A DNA stretch of 64,000 bases from Flavobacteriales bacterium (lineage in GTDB: Bacteria > Bacteroidota > Bacteroidia > Flavobacteriales_F > PHOS-HE28). The position numbers were made by a program, and so were the translations under genes. Where the stretch lies: contig JADJAA010000001.1 in NCBI GenBank assembly GCA_016704485.1, positions 1,554,824 through 1,618,823 on the forward strand, given 5' to 3'. This document shows positions 1 through 9,003 of this stretch, one piece after another. Numbering within the stretch: the first letter of the stretch is position 1; every line of letters starts with the position of its first letter. The notes beneath the pieces were generated by a model. The model did not search any database and was not told the DNA's origin. It saw only the letters and a program-made list of their open reading frames with translations.

Positions 1-1266
1 TACTGCAAACGCATAGTCGGTGCCATCGTTCGCGTATCCGGCCACAATGATGTTGCCGTCCGGTTGAAGCGCACTCGAATTGGCCATGTCATCGAAACCG
101 TTAAAGTCGGTGATCACGATACCGACCGAGCCAAGATCTGGATCAGGCGTTCCATCCGCGTTGTATCGGACCAATGCAAAATCGGTACTTGCAGCATTAT
201 AGGAAGTCCCTGCCAACAACACTTTCCCGTCCGGCTGCAAGATGACAGAATTGCCCGTATCATCGAATCCGCCCGCGATGTCAGTTGTAATATGGCCGTC
301 CGTTCCGAAATCCGTGTCAGGCGTGCCATCGGTGTTATAGCGGATCAAAACAAAATCACTTGCTGAACCAGAACCGATGCTTCCGGCCAACAGGATCTTC
401 CCGTCCGGCTGGATCACTACTGAATTGCCGTTTCCCTGATCATAACCCAGATCGGTGGTCAATTTTCCATCATCACTAAAGCTGTTGTCCAAGCTGCCAT
501 CAACGTTGTATCTGGCCAGTGCGATGTCAAAGGTCGGAGACCAGTGTGAAACGCCCACCGCTACGATCTTCCCGTCCGGCTGAATGGCGACTGATCGAAT
601 GCGGGCAAAATTATAACCGAACTCCGTTGTCGATCTACCGTCAACACCGAAGTCGGTATCGAGCGTTCCATCCGGGTTGTAACGTACCAGGGCGAAAACC
701 CCGCTTACAATTTGTGACACATCTTCGTACGCACCCCCTGCAGCTATGATCTTCCCATCCGACTGGATCGCCAGTGATCCGACCTCAGCAGGCCCTCCAC
801 TTCCAACGGCAGTTGTCACTTTACCGTCCGTACCAAAACTGGTGTCAAGGGTGCCATCCGGGTTATACCGTGCCAACGCAAAGACGTACGTAGAGCCAAT
901 GTAAGCACCTCCGGCCATGATGATCTTTCCATCCGATTGTACCGCTACTGCATATACGGAGGCATTATTCAGTCCCATGTTGGTAGCCACCTTCCCATTG
1001 GTCCCAAAATCAGTGTCGAGGCTACCATCAACGTTGTAACCGACCGCACCGAAAGCGAAAAGCGAATTGTTCGTTACTGTTCCGACTACGACCAGCTTTC
1101 CGTCCGGCCTAATTGCAACAGATGCTCCTTGAGCATTCATGGATCCAAAATCGGTAGTCACCTTTCCATCTCCATCAAAACTGGCATCCAAGCTACCGGG
1201 TTGTGCGAATGTTGTTGGGCCAAGTGCGAGGAACAATGCGCAAAGGGTTGTTGCTGCGTAGTTCAT
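1..1266 (-). CDS. Secreted delta-60-repeat (beta-propeller type) protein; N-terminal 422 aa, 3' end lies left of the window
   Basis: Missing from the ORF track because no stop codon falls inside the window. The complement of 1264-1266 is ATG. Hand translation gives MNYAATTLCALFLALGPTTFAQ (signal peptide), then PGSLDASFDGDGKVTTDFGS. Periodic units follow (PDGKI..AG ... ALARYNPDG(S/T)LDT(S/D)FG.DG) and stay open to position 1. Plus-strand track ORFs 64-366 and 937-1311 are antisense shadows. Confidence 0.8.
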   Translation of the reverse strand, partial: MNYAATTLCALFLALGPTTFAQPGSLDASFDGDGKVTTDFGSMNAQGASVAIRPDGKLVVVGTVTNNSLFAFGAVGYNVDGSLDTDFGTNGKVATNMGLNNASVYAVAVQSDGKIIMAGGAYIGSTYVFALARYNPDGTLDTSFGTDGKVTTAVGSGGPAEVGSLAIQSDGKIIAAGGAYEDVSQIVSGVFALVRYNPDGTLDTDFGVDGRSTTEFGYNFARIRSVAIQPDGKIVAVGVSHWSPTFDIALARYNVDGSLDNSFSDDGKLTTDLGYDQGNGNSVVIQPDGKILLAGSIGSGSASDFVLIRYNTDGTPDTDFGTDGHITTDIAGGFDDTGNSVILQPDGKVLLAGTSYNAASTDFALVRYNADGTPDPDLGSVGIVITDFNGFDDMANSSALQPDGNIIVAGYANDGTDYAFAV

Positions 1267-1395
1267 GGTGTGTGGGTTTTGCTTGGGAATATAAAAAGCT
1301 TTCGTAAGTAAATTGGTAACAGTTCGGCTCTATGCGCGAGTATGGGCTGCATCGGATGTGTTCATGGGAACATTCGATCTGCTAACGGGTTTTCC

Positions 1396-1797
1396 TCAAT
1401 GCCAATATCGTTTAGCGTTATAACAGATATTCGTTCCGGGATCTTCTTTTACAATGATAGCATTTACTGCTGGCTCTTGGTTCGTAACAAAGTACATCTC
1501 CATTTCACCCTTGCCCTTCGCTTGAACTTTGCCTCTTGGAGTGAAGGTAAGTCCAGGCTCGCTCTTTACCAACGCATAGGTCGCCTCACTGATGTTGACT
1601 TGGCCAACCTCACCGCTGCTCTCCATACGACTTGCCGTGTTCACCGTATCGCCCCAGATGTCGTACTGGAATTTCTTCACGCCTACGAGCCCGCAGTGGG
1701 CGGCTGCCGCGCGGATACCGGATCGCCACGCACAGTTGCCTGCCGAGCTGCTGTGACGCACATAAAAGAACTGGATCATCACTGCACCGCTACCTGC
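1396..1797 (-). pseudogene. 3' remnant of a class III adenylate/guanylate cyclase gene (about the last 130 codons only)
   Basis: Track ORF 1396-1782 reads GVKKFQYDIWGDTVNTASRMESSGEVGQVNISEATYALV...KGKGEMEMYFV. This is colinear with the C-terminus of the cyclase at 21999-23375. There is an in-frame stop at 1798-1800. No sensor, TM region or N-terminal half of the catalytic domain lies upstream; the stop of the next gene sits at 1820. Confidence 0.7.
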
Positions 1798-1819
1798 CTA
1801 ACTGCTGCGCCGCGAAGAA

Positions 1820-3292
1820 TTAAAGCACTACTTGCTGAAGAACCCCTAACACCTCCACCATCGCAAGCGTATCCATCTTGCAATAGGCCAACAGGTCGGT
1901 CCGCAGTTGGGGTACGTTGCCGGTGTAGGTGCCGCTGGCGAGTTGCGTGAAGCGCAGACTGGCGGTGCCGCCTTCCTGCACGTTGAGGGTCTTGTAACTG
2001 AGTGTTGGCACTAAGGCAGGGAGTACCGTCTTGATGCCGTACTTGCCGTTCATTTGCGGGGCGTAGTACCAACCGTGTCTGAAGGCATCCATCAGGTCCT
2101 TGATGCGCGGTAGTAGTTGCTGGATGGCTGGTGCATGGTGTGGAAGGTCGCGCGCTAGATCGCGCAGCACCATGCGTTCGAAGGTTGCGTTGTACGCGAG
2201 GATGTCGCCCGTTGGACCAATGTCCTTGAGCAATTGCTGCACGAGTGCTTCGCGTGGATCGCTGGTGCCATCCGCTAGGAACTCATGGTGCGTTGCCGGT
2301 GCACTTGGTGCGGACTGCACATGCAAGCTGTATTGGAAGGGCATCTGCTGGAACGGACGTGTGCCGTCATAGAGCGGTATGCTCGGCATCATTGTCTCGA
2401 AATCGAAATGATGCACCGGGTATTCCAGCGCCGCCAACCACTGGTGTAGCGGTTCGTGCTGGATGTGTCCTTCGCCACTTTTCCATGCATTCACTTGCCG
2501 ACGTTGTGCAGCGCTGAGCTTTTCATTTTCCGGAATGTCCACCAGCTTCAGGATGCCCCGTTGGTACAACGACCATTTCTGTTCAGTAGCACCTGTTAGC
2601 TCGAATACCGACCGCTCCGGAATGTGCAACCAACAGTGTGGTTTGAAGTCGCACGGGTAGGGTGCATCGCATTGCGGACCAATGTCGACAACGGGTGCTT
2701 GCTCTTGTTGCACCACCTGTTTCAGCGCTTCGATGCGCGCGGGTATCGCCGCTTGCTCACGCAGTACCTCCGCAAGTACGGAGGTGCGGTTGAAGAGCTG
2801 CTGCACATCCACCGCGCCCTGTTTCACATAGCTGTTGTTCAAGTACACAATGCTGACATCCGCCAACGCGATGCTGCCCGAGATGACATAGTACTGCAAC
2901 GCAGCATCCTGCACATACACATCCTTCACGCCTGTGCTGCCTTTCACTTCAAATGCTTTCCATCCCTCGGCCGTATGCACCAGCAGGTCCAACGCGGCCA
3001 ACACACCGTCGCGCATGAACGCCGCTTCGTAGATCACCCGCTCACCGCGCGCAATGGCCGCTGCGGTATCCACCACGCTCTGCGCGAACTCGAACGGCGA
3101 AGGCGGCGCACAGTCCACTCCTCCTGGAAAAAGCTGCTGCGCCATCAACCCTACCGACGTGCCCGAATCAAAGATGGCCTGCTGCTGCGCACCGATGGGT
3201 GGCAACAGATCGCGCCGGTGCTTGTACAACCACAACGCCTTGGGACATTGCTTGCCCCGCATGTACGTGCTTTTGGAGAGTAGGTGGGACAT
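1820..3292 (-). CDS. DUF2779-type protein: Cas4/RecB-like PD-(D/E)XK nuclease with Cys cluster plus C-terminal DEDD-exonuclease-like half
   Basis: 490-aa ORF starting at ATG 3292. Nuclease core LDLLVHTAEGWKAFEVKGS. Cysteines at QCPKALW and CDAPYPCDFKPHCW. C-terminal HHFDFET...AYNATFE motifs. Confidence 0.75.
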   Translation of the reverse strand: MSHLLSKSTYMRGKQCPKALWLYKHRRDLLPPIGAQQQAIFDSGTSVGLMAQQLFPGGVDCAPPSPFEFAQSVVDTAAAIARGERVIYEAAFMRDGVLAALDLLVHTAEGWKAFEVKGSTGVKDVYVQDAALQYYVISGSIALADVSIVYLNNSYVKQGAVDVQQLFNRTSVLAEVLREQAAIPARIEALKQVVQQEQAPVVDIGPQCDAPYPCDFKPHCWLHIPERSVFELTGATEQKWSLYQRGILKLVDIPENEKLSAAQRRQVNAWKSGEGHIQHEPLHQWLAALEYPVHHFDFETMMPSIPLYDGTRPFQQMPFQYSLHVQSAPSAPATHHEFLADGTSDPREALVQQLLKDIGPTGDILAYNATFERMVLRDLARDLPHHAPAIQQLLPRIKDLMDAFRHGWYYAPQMNGKYGIKTVLPALVPTLSYKTLNVQEGGTASLRFTQLASGTYTGNVPQLRTDLLAYCKMDTLAMVEVLGVLQQVVL

Positions 3293-3469
3293 GGGGGAGA
3301 ACTGATAGCACGCTCTCCGGGTCGGGGCCCGGAGTGACAGAGTTTAAAGGTGGGATAAACGCAGATAGAAATAGTGAAGGAGAGACCGCGTTCGCTGTCT
3401 TTTGCGAGGCAAGGAGGCTAGGCTCGAAAGCACGTTGTGAATGGTGAACGCACTTGTAGTCCCTCTGCG

Positions 3470-3814
3470 CTACTCGGTATCGATCTTCTTTGGTTCCTTC
3501 ACCGGTTCAGCGGTGCCGGTACCGGTCTCCTTATGCTCGAAGATGAAGTTCAACGGACTCAGTTGCTCTGCTGCAACTGCCACTTCCTTTTGTTGCACCA
3601 CAGCTTTTTCGCCGGTGCCATAGGTTACGTGTACCATGTGATCGCCAACGGGTGCATTGTGCATGAAGGGCGTGCCGGCCACTACTTCACCAACGGCGGT
3701 GCTGTCCACCATCACCTGGGCGTTCACGTTGGACATGACCAGGATCTTGCCGGTGGTCTGCGCTTGGATGAGCGAAGAAAGGAAAACGGTAATGATGATA
3801 ATGGAAGTGCGCAT
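3470..3814 (-). CDS. Small secreted protein, PEGA-like beta-sandwich
   Basis: Track ORF 3470-3859. The internal ATG at 3814 gives the signal peptide MRTSIIIITVFLSSLIQAQ. The mature part reads VMVDSTAVGEVVAGTPFMHNAPVGDHMVHV. Confidence 0.55.
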   Translation of the reverse strand: MRTSIIIITVFLSSLIQAQTTGKILVMSNVNAQVMVDSTAVGEVVAGTPFMHNAPVGDHMVHVTYGTGEKAVVQQKEVAVAAEQLSPLNFIFEHKETGTGTAEPVKEPKKIDTE

Positions 3815-3928
3815 CGGTTGAAATTTTGCGTGGTTTGGTTCCGGTATTTCGGTTGGCATGTCCGAACTTATCGGAATGCGGAGGTGAAGGTATAGTGTAT
3901 GATCACCATCTGCGGTTGGGAGATCGTG

Positions 3929-5674
3929 TTACTGCACCACCACGCTCAAGGTCCGCACGCGTTCACCTGCACGCACCACCACTAGGTAGCGACCTGCTGC
4001 GGCATCGGGCAACTGGATGGCTTGGCTCGGCGTGTTGCGCTGCTGTCCGCTCCAACACACCTTGCCACTTGCATCGAATACGTTGATGCTCGCTTGGTGC
4101 ATGTCCGATGGAAGCACCAAGTTGAAGCGCCCGGTGTTCGGATTCGGAAAGGCGATGATCATCTCCGCATCGACTTCCTCGTTGAGTGCAGTGATGACCA
4201 ACATGTAATCAGTAGTGAGCGTGCAGCCCGTTGCGGTGGTGACGGTAACACTGTATTGCCCACCTGTTGCAGCCACCACGAAAGGGGCGTCCGAGCCGGG
4301 CAAGGGTACGCCGTTCAGGCTCCACGCGTAGCTCTCGAAATCGCCTTGAACCAACAGCACTTGTCCGCTTGCTTCAATGGTGACCGATGGACACACCACG
4401 ATGGTATCGCTGTTAGCAGTACAGCCGAATGCATTCGTTGCAACACCCCACCACAAGCCGGTGCTATCCGTGGGAACGCAAGGGCCGTTCACGTTGGGCA
4501 CCGTGTCGCCGTTGTTGTACCAGACGTAGGTCAACGGAATGGTATCCGTGGCGCAGAGCAATGCTGCGGCGGTGTCATAGCTCGTGGAAAGTTGGGGTAC
4601 AGGGAACACACGGACCGTATCCGTATCGGTGAAGACCAATTGCGGTACCACGGAAATGGTGAGGCTGCCGAAGGTGCCGTTGCCCAACGCGAAAGGTACT
4701 ACGCCATTGCTGCCGGTCGGGATGTTGAACGTGCCGAGGTCATCGTCCTGGCTCACGGGATCTTCATCGAAGAAGGCGATCGAATACGGTGGGTTCGCTA
4801 AGAGGTGGCCCACATCGTTCCAGGTCATGCTCGTGCTGTTGTCTCCAGTGCCACTCGTGGTGCTGTTGCCGTTGCCATCGGTGAGCACGTAGTACAGATC
4901 CGGATCGCCCGTGCACGCACCGAAGAGCGATGGTTCCTCTACATCGCCGCACCAATTGTCGCTCACGCCGCCCAGCACTACATCGTTAAGTACGAAGCCG
5001 CCGATCGTTGTGGTGAGCGCTACCACATGATCGCCCGGCGTATCAAAACTTGCGCTCGGCGTGGCACTGTTGCTCGTGTTCCCGTTGCCAAGGTCCCACG
5101 CATAACTTGTGGGTGCCGGAGCGCCATCGAGCAACGCGGTGAACTGCACATCGGCACTTCCGCATCCGCTGCTGGGTGTGAATGTGAAACTTGCATTTCC
5201 ACCACTGCCCGCTTGCACTACCAACGTGACACCAAACGTCTGCGACACGTTCAACGTGAAACCGCTCGCTTCCACCTGTGCAATGATGTTGATCGCGATG
5301 GTGTACGTGCCACTTCCAATGGGTGTGCCGCACAGCCGCGCGCAACCATACTGGTTCACCTGCGGATAGTAGATGCCCAACGGTTCGTTCGACGTAAGCT
5401 CCATGCCGAAGGGCACCCCCGTGACACTGGTGATCGTCATCTGCAAAAAGTTGACGTTCATTCCCGTTCCCGGATCGGTGAAGTTGGCCGGTAACCAAAA
5501 GGTGATGTCGCTTGCATACGCTTCACCTGCCGTAGCATCGGGTGGTTGCAACGGACACAGGGTAGGGTAGGCCGGCGTGGCAAAACAAGTGGCATCGATC
5601 GCGCAGCTGATGCATTGCGCGTGTACGCTGCCCAACGCGAGCAGCGCAATAGTGAGGAGGAGTGTTCGGATCAT
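3929..5674 (-). CDS. T9SS-secreted surface protein with PKD-like domain and C-terminal type A sorting domain
   Basis: ATG at 5674 gives MIRTLLLTIALLALGSVHAQ. PKD-like segment: FTFTPSSGCGSADVQFTA...YAWDLGNGNTS. The C-terminus IIAFPNPNTGRFNLVL...GRYLVVVRAGERVRTLSVVVQ is typical of Por_Secre_tail. Confidence 0.8.
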   Translation of the reverse strand: MIRTLLLTIALLALGSVHAQCISCAIDATCFATPAYPTLCPLQPPDATAGEAYASDITFWLPANFTDPGTGMNVNFLQMTITSVTGVPFGMELTSNEPLGIYYPQVNQYGCARLCGTPIGSGTYTIAINIIAQVEASGFTLNVSQTFGVTLVVQAGSGGNASFTFTPSSGCGSADVQFTALLDGAPAPTSYAWDLGNGNTSNSATPSASFDTPGDHVVALTTTIGGFVLNDVVLGGVSDNWCGDVEEPSLFGACTGDPDLYYVLTDGNGNSTTSGTGDNSTSMTWNDVGHLLANPPYSIAFFDEDPVSQDDDLGTFNIPTGSNGVVPFALGNGTFGSLTISVVPQLVFTDTDTVRVFPVPQLSTSYDTAAALLCATDTIPLTYVWYNNGDTVPNVNGPCVPTDSTGLWWGVATNAFGCTANSDTIVVCPSVTIEASGQVLLVQGDFESYAWSLNGVPLPGSDAPFVVAATGGQYSVTVTTATGCTLTTDYMLVITALNEEVDAEMIIAFPNPNTGRFNLVLPSDMHQASINVFDASGKVCWSGQQRNTPSQAIQLPDAAAGRYLVVVRAGERVRTLSVVVQ

Positions 5675-5739
5675 GGTGCAATGGCCTGCCCGAAGATCGG
5701 GTTCGGCGGGGGAAGATACTAGGATACAGCGCCCTTCGT

Positions 5740-6642
5740 TCATCGTGTTCTCCGGAGCCGAGAAGGCTCTTCAGACGTTGGCTCTTCGCCCCCGCGCAGA
5801 CCGTGCGCATCGCGCTCATCCAGAGTCCATTTGGGTTTGGCGGTCTTCAATCGCTTTTCCACTTTCTTAATGTGTTCGGCAGGTGGAATGTTCTCCGGTA
5901 GTGTGCCACCAATACGACGGATGGCATCACGCACCTCCTTGCCTACTGACTCGTGTGTGCGTATTGCCTGCTGATCCCCATGCACACCTTCCCGGGCCAA
6001 TTTGTCACGGGTCTGCGTCATGCGGAATTGGTTCGCAGCGAGTTCGGTTGCGTTCATGCGGTCCAGCAATTGCTCTTTGCCAGGGATGCCCTTGCGCTGT
6101 TTGATCTGTGCGTTACCAATACCTCCGTAGAGCCCTTTGTAACCAGCATCGTGGAATACACCGAACATGCGCCCGTTCACCCCAGCCTGTTGTGCAGCAC
6201 CGCTCAATGCTTTGAATTCTTCGGCTGTTTGCTTGCGAATTTGCAGCCGTTCTTTGTCTGCGGCCAATTGGTCATTCACTTCTTGGCGTCTCGCTTGCAC
6301 AACAAAATACTGCTGCGCTAAGGCGATCTCCGGCTTGCGAGGGTCGCCGTTGATGGCGATTAGATAGCAGGCGAATCGGGAGAGGTGGAAATCGGCCAAC
6401 TGGCGCTCACTGCCCGATCCAAGAGGGACCATTTTGCCGGCGCCGGCAAAATGGTCGGTCGGCTCATTCCCTGACTCTCTACACGCATCTTGTGCCCGTT
6501 TGATGGCCTGTTCAAATCGCCGCCATTGGTCATAACCTAACAACGGTTGCAGCGCTCTGGCACTCCAGAACTCGGCACCATGTGAATTGACCTGCTTCAG
6601 TTCTTCGAAGCTGGGCGGGGTAGGGTTCGGTAACTCACTCAT
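5740..6642 (-). CDS. dinD: DNA damage-inducible protein D family
   Basis: 300 aa. The N-terminus GAEFWSARALQPLLGYDQWRRFEQAIKRAQDACRESG...LSRFACYLIAINGDPRKPEIALAQQYFVVQ matches the conserved DinD layout as I remember it. Confidence 0.75.
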   Translation of the reverse strand: MSELPNPTPPSFEELKQVNSHGAEFWSARALQPLLGYDQWRRFEQAIKRAQDACRESGNEPTDHFAGAGKMVPLGSGSERQLADFHLSRFACYLIAINGDPRKPEIALAQQYFVVQARRQEVNDQLAADKERLQIRKQTAEEFKALSGAAQQAGVNGRMFGVFHDAGYKGLYGGIGNAQIKQRKGIPGKEQLLDRMNATELAANQFRMTQTRDKLAREGVHGDQQAIRTHESVGKEVRDAIRRIGGTLPENIPPAEHIKKVEKRLKTAKPKWTLDERDAHGLRGGEEPTSEEPSRLRRTR

Positions 6643-6849
6643 TCTGCTGACCGCTTTCTCGTCAACGCGGTTTGCACAATATACAGGCTTTGGACCAACA
6701 AATGAAGCTAACTACAATCCTCTAAAACCTTAATTCAGGAGCCGACCGCTTCGGCGTCTCCACAATCACAATGATCTCACAAATTGCCTACCTTTCATAG
6801 CGGTGTATTTGTAGATGAGGGTGGCATGGTGCAACCAAGATGAGGGAAC

Positions 6850-9003
6850 TTGAACGATCTTCGACCCGAACTAGCGCCCAATGTTACTAGCGCCCCACAA
6901 ACCCATGGATCCTGTCCTATGCGCACCTTAGAGGAAGATGCCTTGCGCTTGTTGCGGAGTTCGGTAGGGGATACCAAGGCCACCTTCAGGGAAGGTCAAC
7001 TGGAAGCCATCGTCGCCCTGGTCCGTGAGCGAAAGCGCTTGCTGGTGGTGCAATGTACCGGCTGGGGCAAGAGCAATGTGTATTTCATCAGTGCGAAGTT
7101 GCTGCGCGAAAAAGGGCATGGACCCACCGTTATCGTTAGTCCGCTATTGGCTTTGATGCGCAACCAATTGCAGGCCGCAGCGCGCATGGAGCTGAAGGCT
7201 ATCACCATCAACAGTGCCAACACGGATGAATGGGAGACGCTGCAAGAGCAGGTGGTATCCGGTGAAGCCGATGTGCTCCTGATCAGTCCGGAACGACTGG
7301 CCAACGAACGTTTTATCGCCGAGGTGCTGTTGCCCATCGCTGGACGCATCGGCATGCTCGTGGTGGACGAAGCGCATTGCATCAGCGATTGGGGGCACGA
7401 TTTCCGGCCCGACTATCGGCGCATCATCGCGATCCTGAAACAACTGCCTGCCAACCTACCGGTACTGGGTACAACCGCCACTGCCAACCAACGCGTGGTG
7501 GACGATCTGAAGGTGCAACTTGGCGACCTCACCATACAACGTGGGACCTTAGTGCGTGACAGTTTGATGCTCGATGCTGTGCAACTCCCCGACCAAGCCG
7601 CACGCCTCGCTTGGCGGACGCACTACCTGCCCCTGCTCCCCGGATCCGGTATCGTGTACACCCTTACCGTGCGCGATGCGGAGCGCGTTGCCGAATGGTT
7701 GCAACAGAACGGGATCGAAGCAAGGGCCTACCATGCCTCCGTCGTTGATACCGAAGATGGCGATCTGCGCGAGCGCTTGGAGCAGCAACTGCTCGATGGA
7801 AGCATCAAGGCCTTAGTTGCCACCACGGCACTCGGCATGGGCTACGACAAGCCCGACCTGGGTTTCGTGATCCACTTCCAAGCTCCCGGCTCCATCATCG
7901 GCTACTACCAACAAGTGGGGCGCGCCGGAAGGGCGATCGAGAAGGCCTACGGGATACTCCTACATGGCGAAGAAGATGCTGAGATCCATGCCTACTTTCA
8001 AGAGAACGCTTTCCCGAACGAGTCGAATGTGCTGCAGATACTGAAGACTTTAGAAGGTGGCAACGGTCTTTCCATCCGGCAACTGGAGCCGACCATGAAC
8101 CTGCGCTACGGGCAGTTGGAACAGGCCTTGAAATTCCTGAGCATGGAGGACCCTGCGCCGGTGGTGTTGCAGGACCATCTGTGGAAGCGCACACCGGTGG
8201 CCTACACCTTGGACCATGCGCACATCCAGCGCCTCATGGAACTACGAGAGCGCGAACGTGAGCAAGTTGTGGCCTACGTGCAACACACTGGCTGCCGCAT
8301 GGAATTCCTTCAACAGGCCTTGGATGATGTCGTGCATGCACCCTGTGGACATTGCGCCAATTGCTTGGACAAGCACTTCAAGGCGGACATGCCCCCAGCG
8401 GAAGTGGCCCGCGCGGCTACCTTTCTGCGCAGCGCGGAGATGGTACTCACCTGTCCGAAGGCACTACCCGCAGGTGGCTTGGATGCGCTCGACATTAAGG
8501 GCAACATACCGCTGGAGTTGCGCCCGCAGCCCGGAAGGATCCTCTGCCGTTGGGGCGACTCCGGTTGGGGCAAGTTGGTGGCGCAACAGAAGCACGACGG
8601 ACACTTCAAAGACGAACTCGTCCACGCCCTTGCCGAAATGGTGAACGAGCGCTGGTGTCCGGATCCGCCCCCAATGTGGGTGACCTGTGTGCCCTCCCTT
8701 CGCCATCCGGAATTGGTTCCCGATCTTGCACGCCGATTGGCCGCCAAGTTGGAACTTCCGTTCCACAACGTGGTGGAAAAGACCCGCCAGAACGAGGCGC
8801 AGAAAGCCATGCAGAACCGCTACCACCAGTGCCATAACCTCGATGGCGCCTTCGCCATCGGTACGGTGCCCGAAGGGCCTGTGCTATTGGTGGACGATGT
8901 GGTGGATTCCGGCTGGACCATTGCCATTCTTTCGGCACAACTGCTACAGGCCGGTTGTACCTTGGTGTACCCTATCGCACTAGCAAGCACCTCCCATACC
9001 TGA
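6850..9003 (+). CDS. RecQ-family helicase fused to a C-terminal ComFC-like phosphoribosyltransferase domain
   Basis: Walker A VVQCTGWGKSNVYF. RecQ DEAH box VVDEAHCISDWGHDFRPDY. Motif VI QQVGRAGR. Zn-Cys cluster CRMEF...CGHCANC. C-terminal RYHQCHNLDGAFAI...VLLVDDVVDSGWTIA (ComF/PRPP-binding signature). Start is TTG 6850 or ATG 6919. Confidence 0.85.
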   Translation: MNDLRPELAPNVTSAPQTHGSCPMRTLEEDALRLLRSSVGDTKATFREGQLEAIVALVRERKRLLVVQCTGWGKSNVYFISAKLLREKGHGPTVIVSPLLALMRNQLQAAARMELKAITINSANTDEWETLQEQVVSGEADVLLISPERLANERFIAEVLLPIAGRIGMLVVDEAHCISDWGHDFRPDYRRIIAILKQLPANLPVLGTTATANQRVVDDLKVQLGDLTIQRGTLVRDSLMLDAVQLPDQAARLAWRTHYLPLLPGSGIVYTLTVRDAERVAEWLQQNGIEARAYHASVVDTEDGDLRERLEQQLLDGSIKALVATTALGMGYDKPDLGFVIHFQAPGSIIGYYQQVGRAGRAIEKAYGILLHGEEDAEIHAYFQENAFPNESNVLQILKTLEGGNGLSIRQLEPTMNLRYGQLEQALKFLSMEDPAPVVLQDHLWKRTPVAYTLDHAHIQRLMELREREREQVVAYVQHTGCRMEFLQQALDDVVHAPCGHCANCLDKHFKADMPPAEVARAATFLRSAEMVLTCPKALPAGGLDALDIKGNIPLELRPQPGRILCRWGDSGWGKLVAQQKHDGHFKDELVHALAEMVNERWCPDPPPMWVTCVPSLRHPELVPDLARRLAAKLELPFHNVVEKTRQNEAQKAMQNRYHQCHNLDGAFAIGTVPEGPVLLVDDVVDSGWTIAILSAQLLQAGCTLVYPIALASTSHT

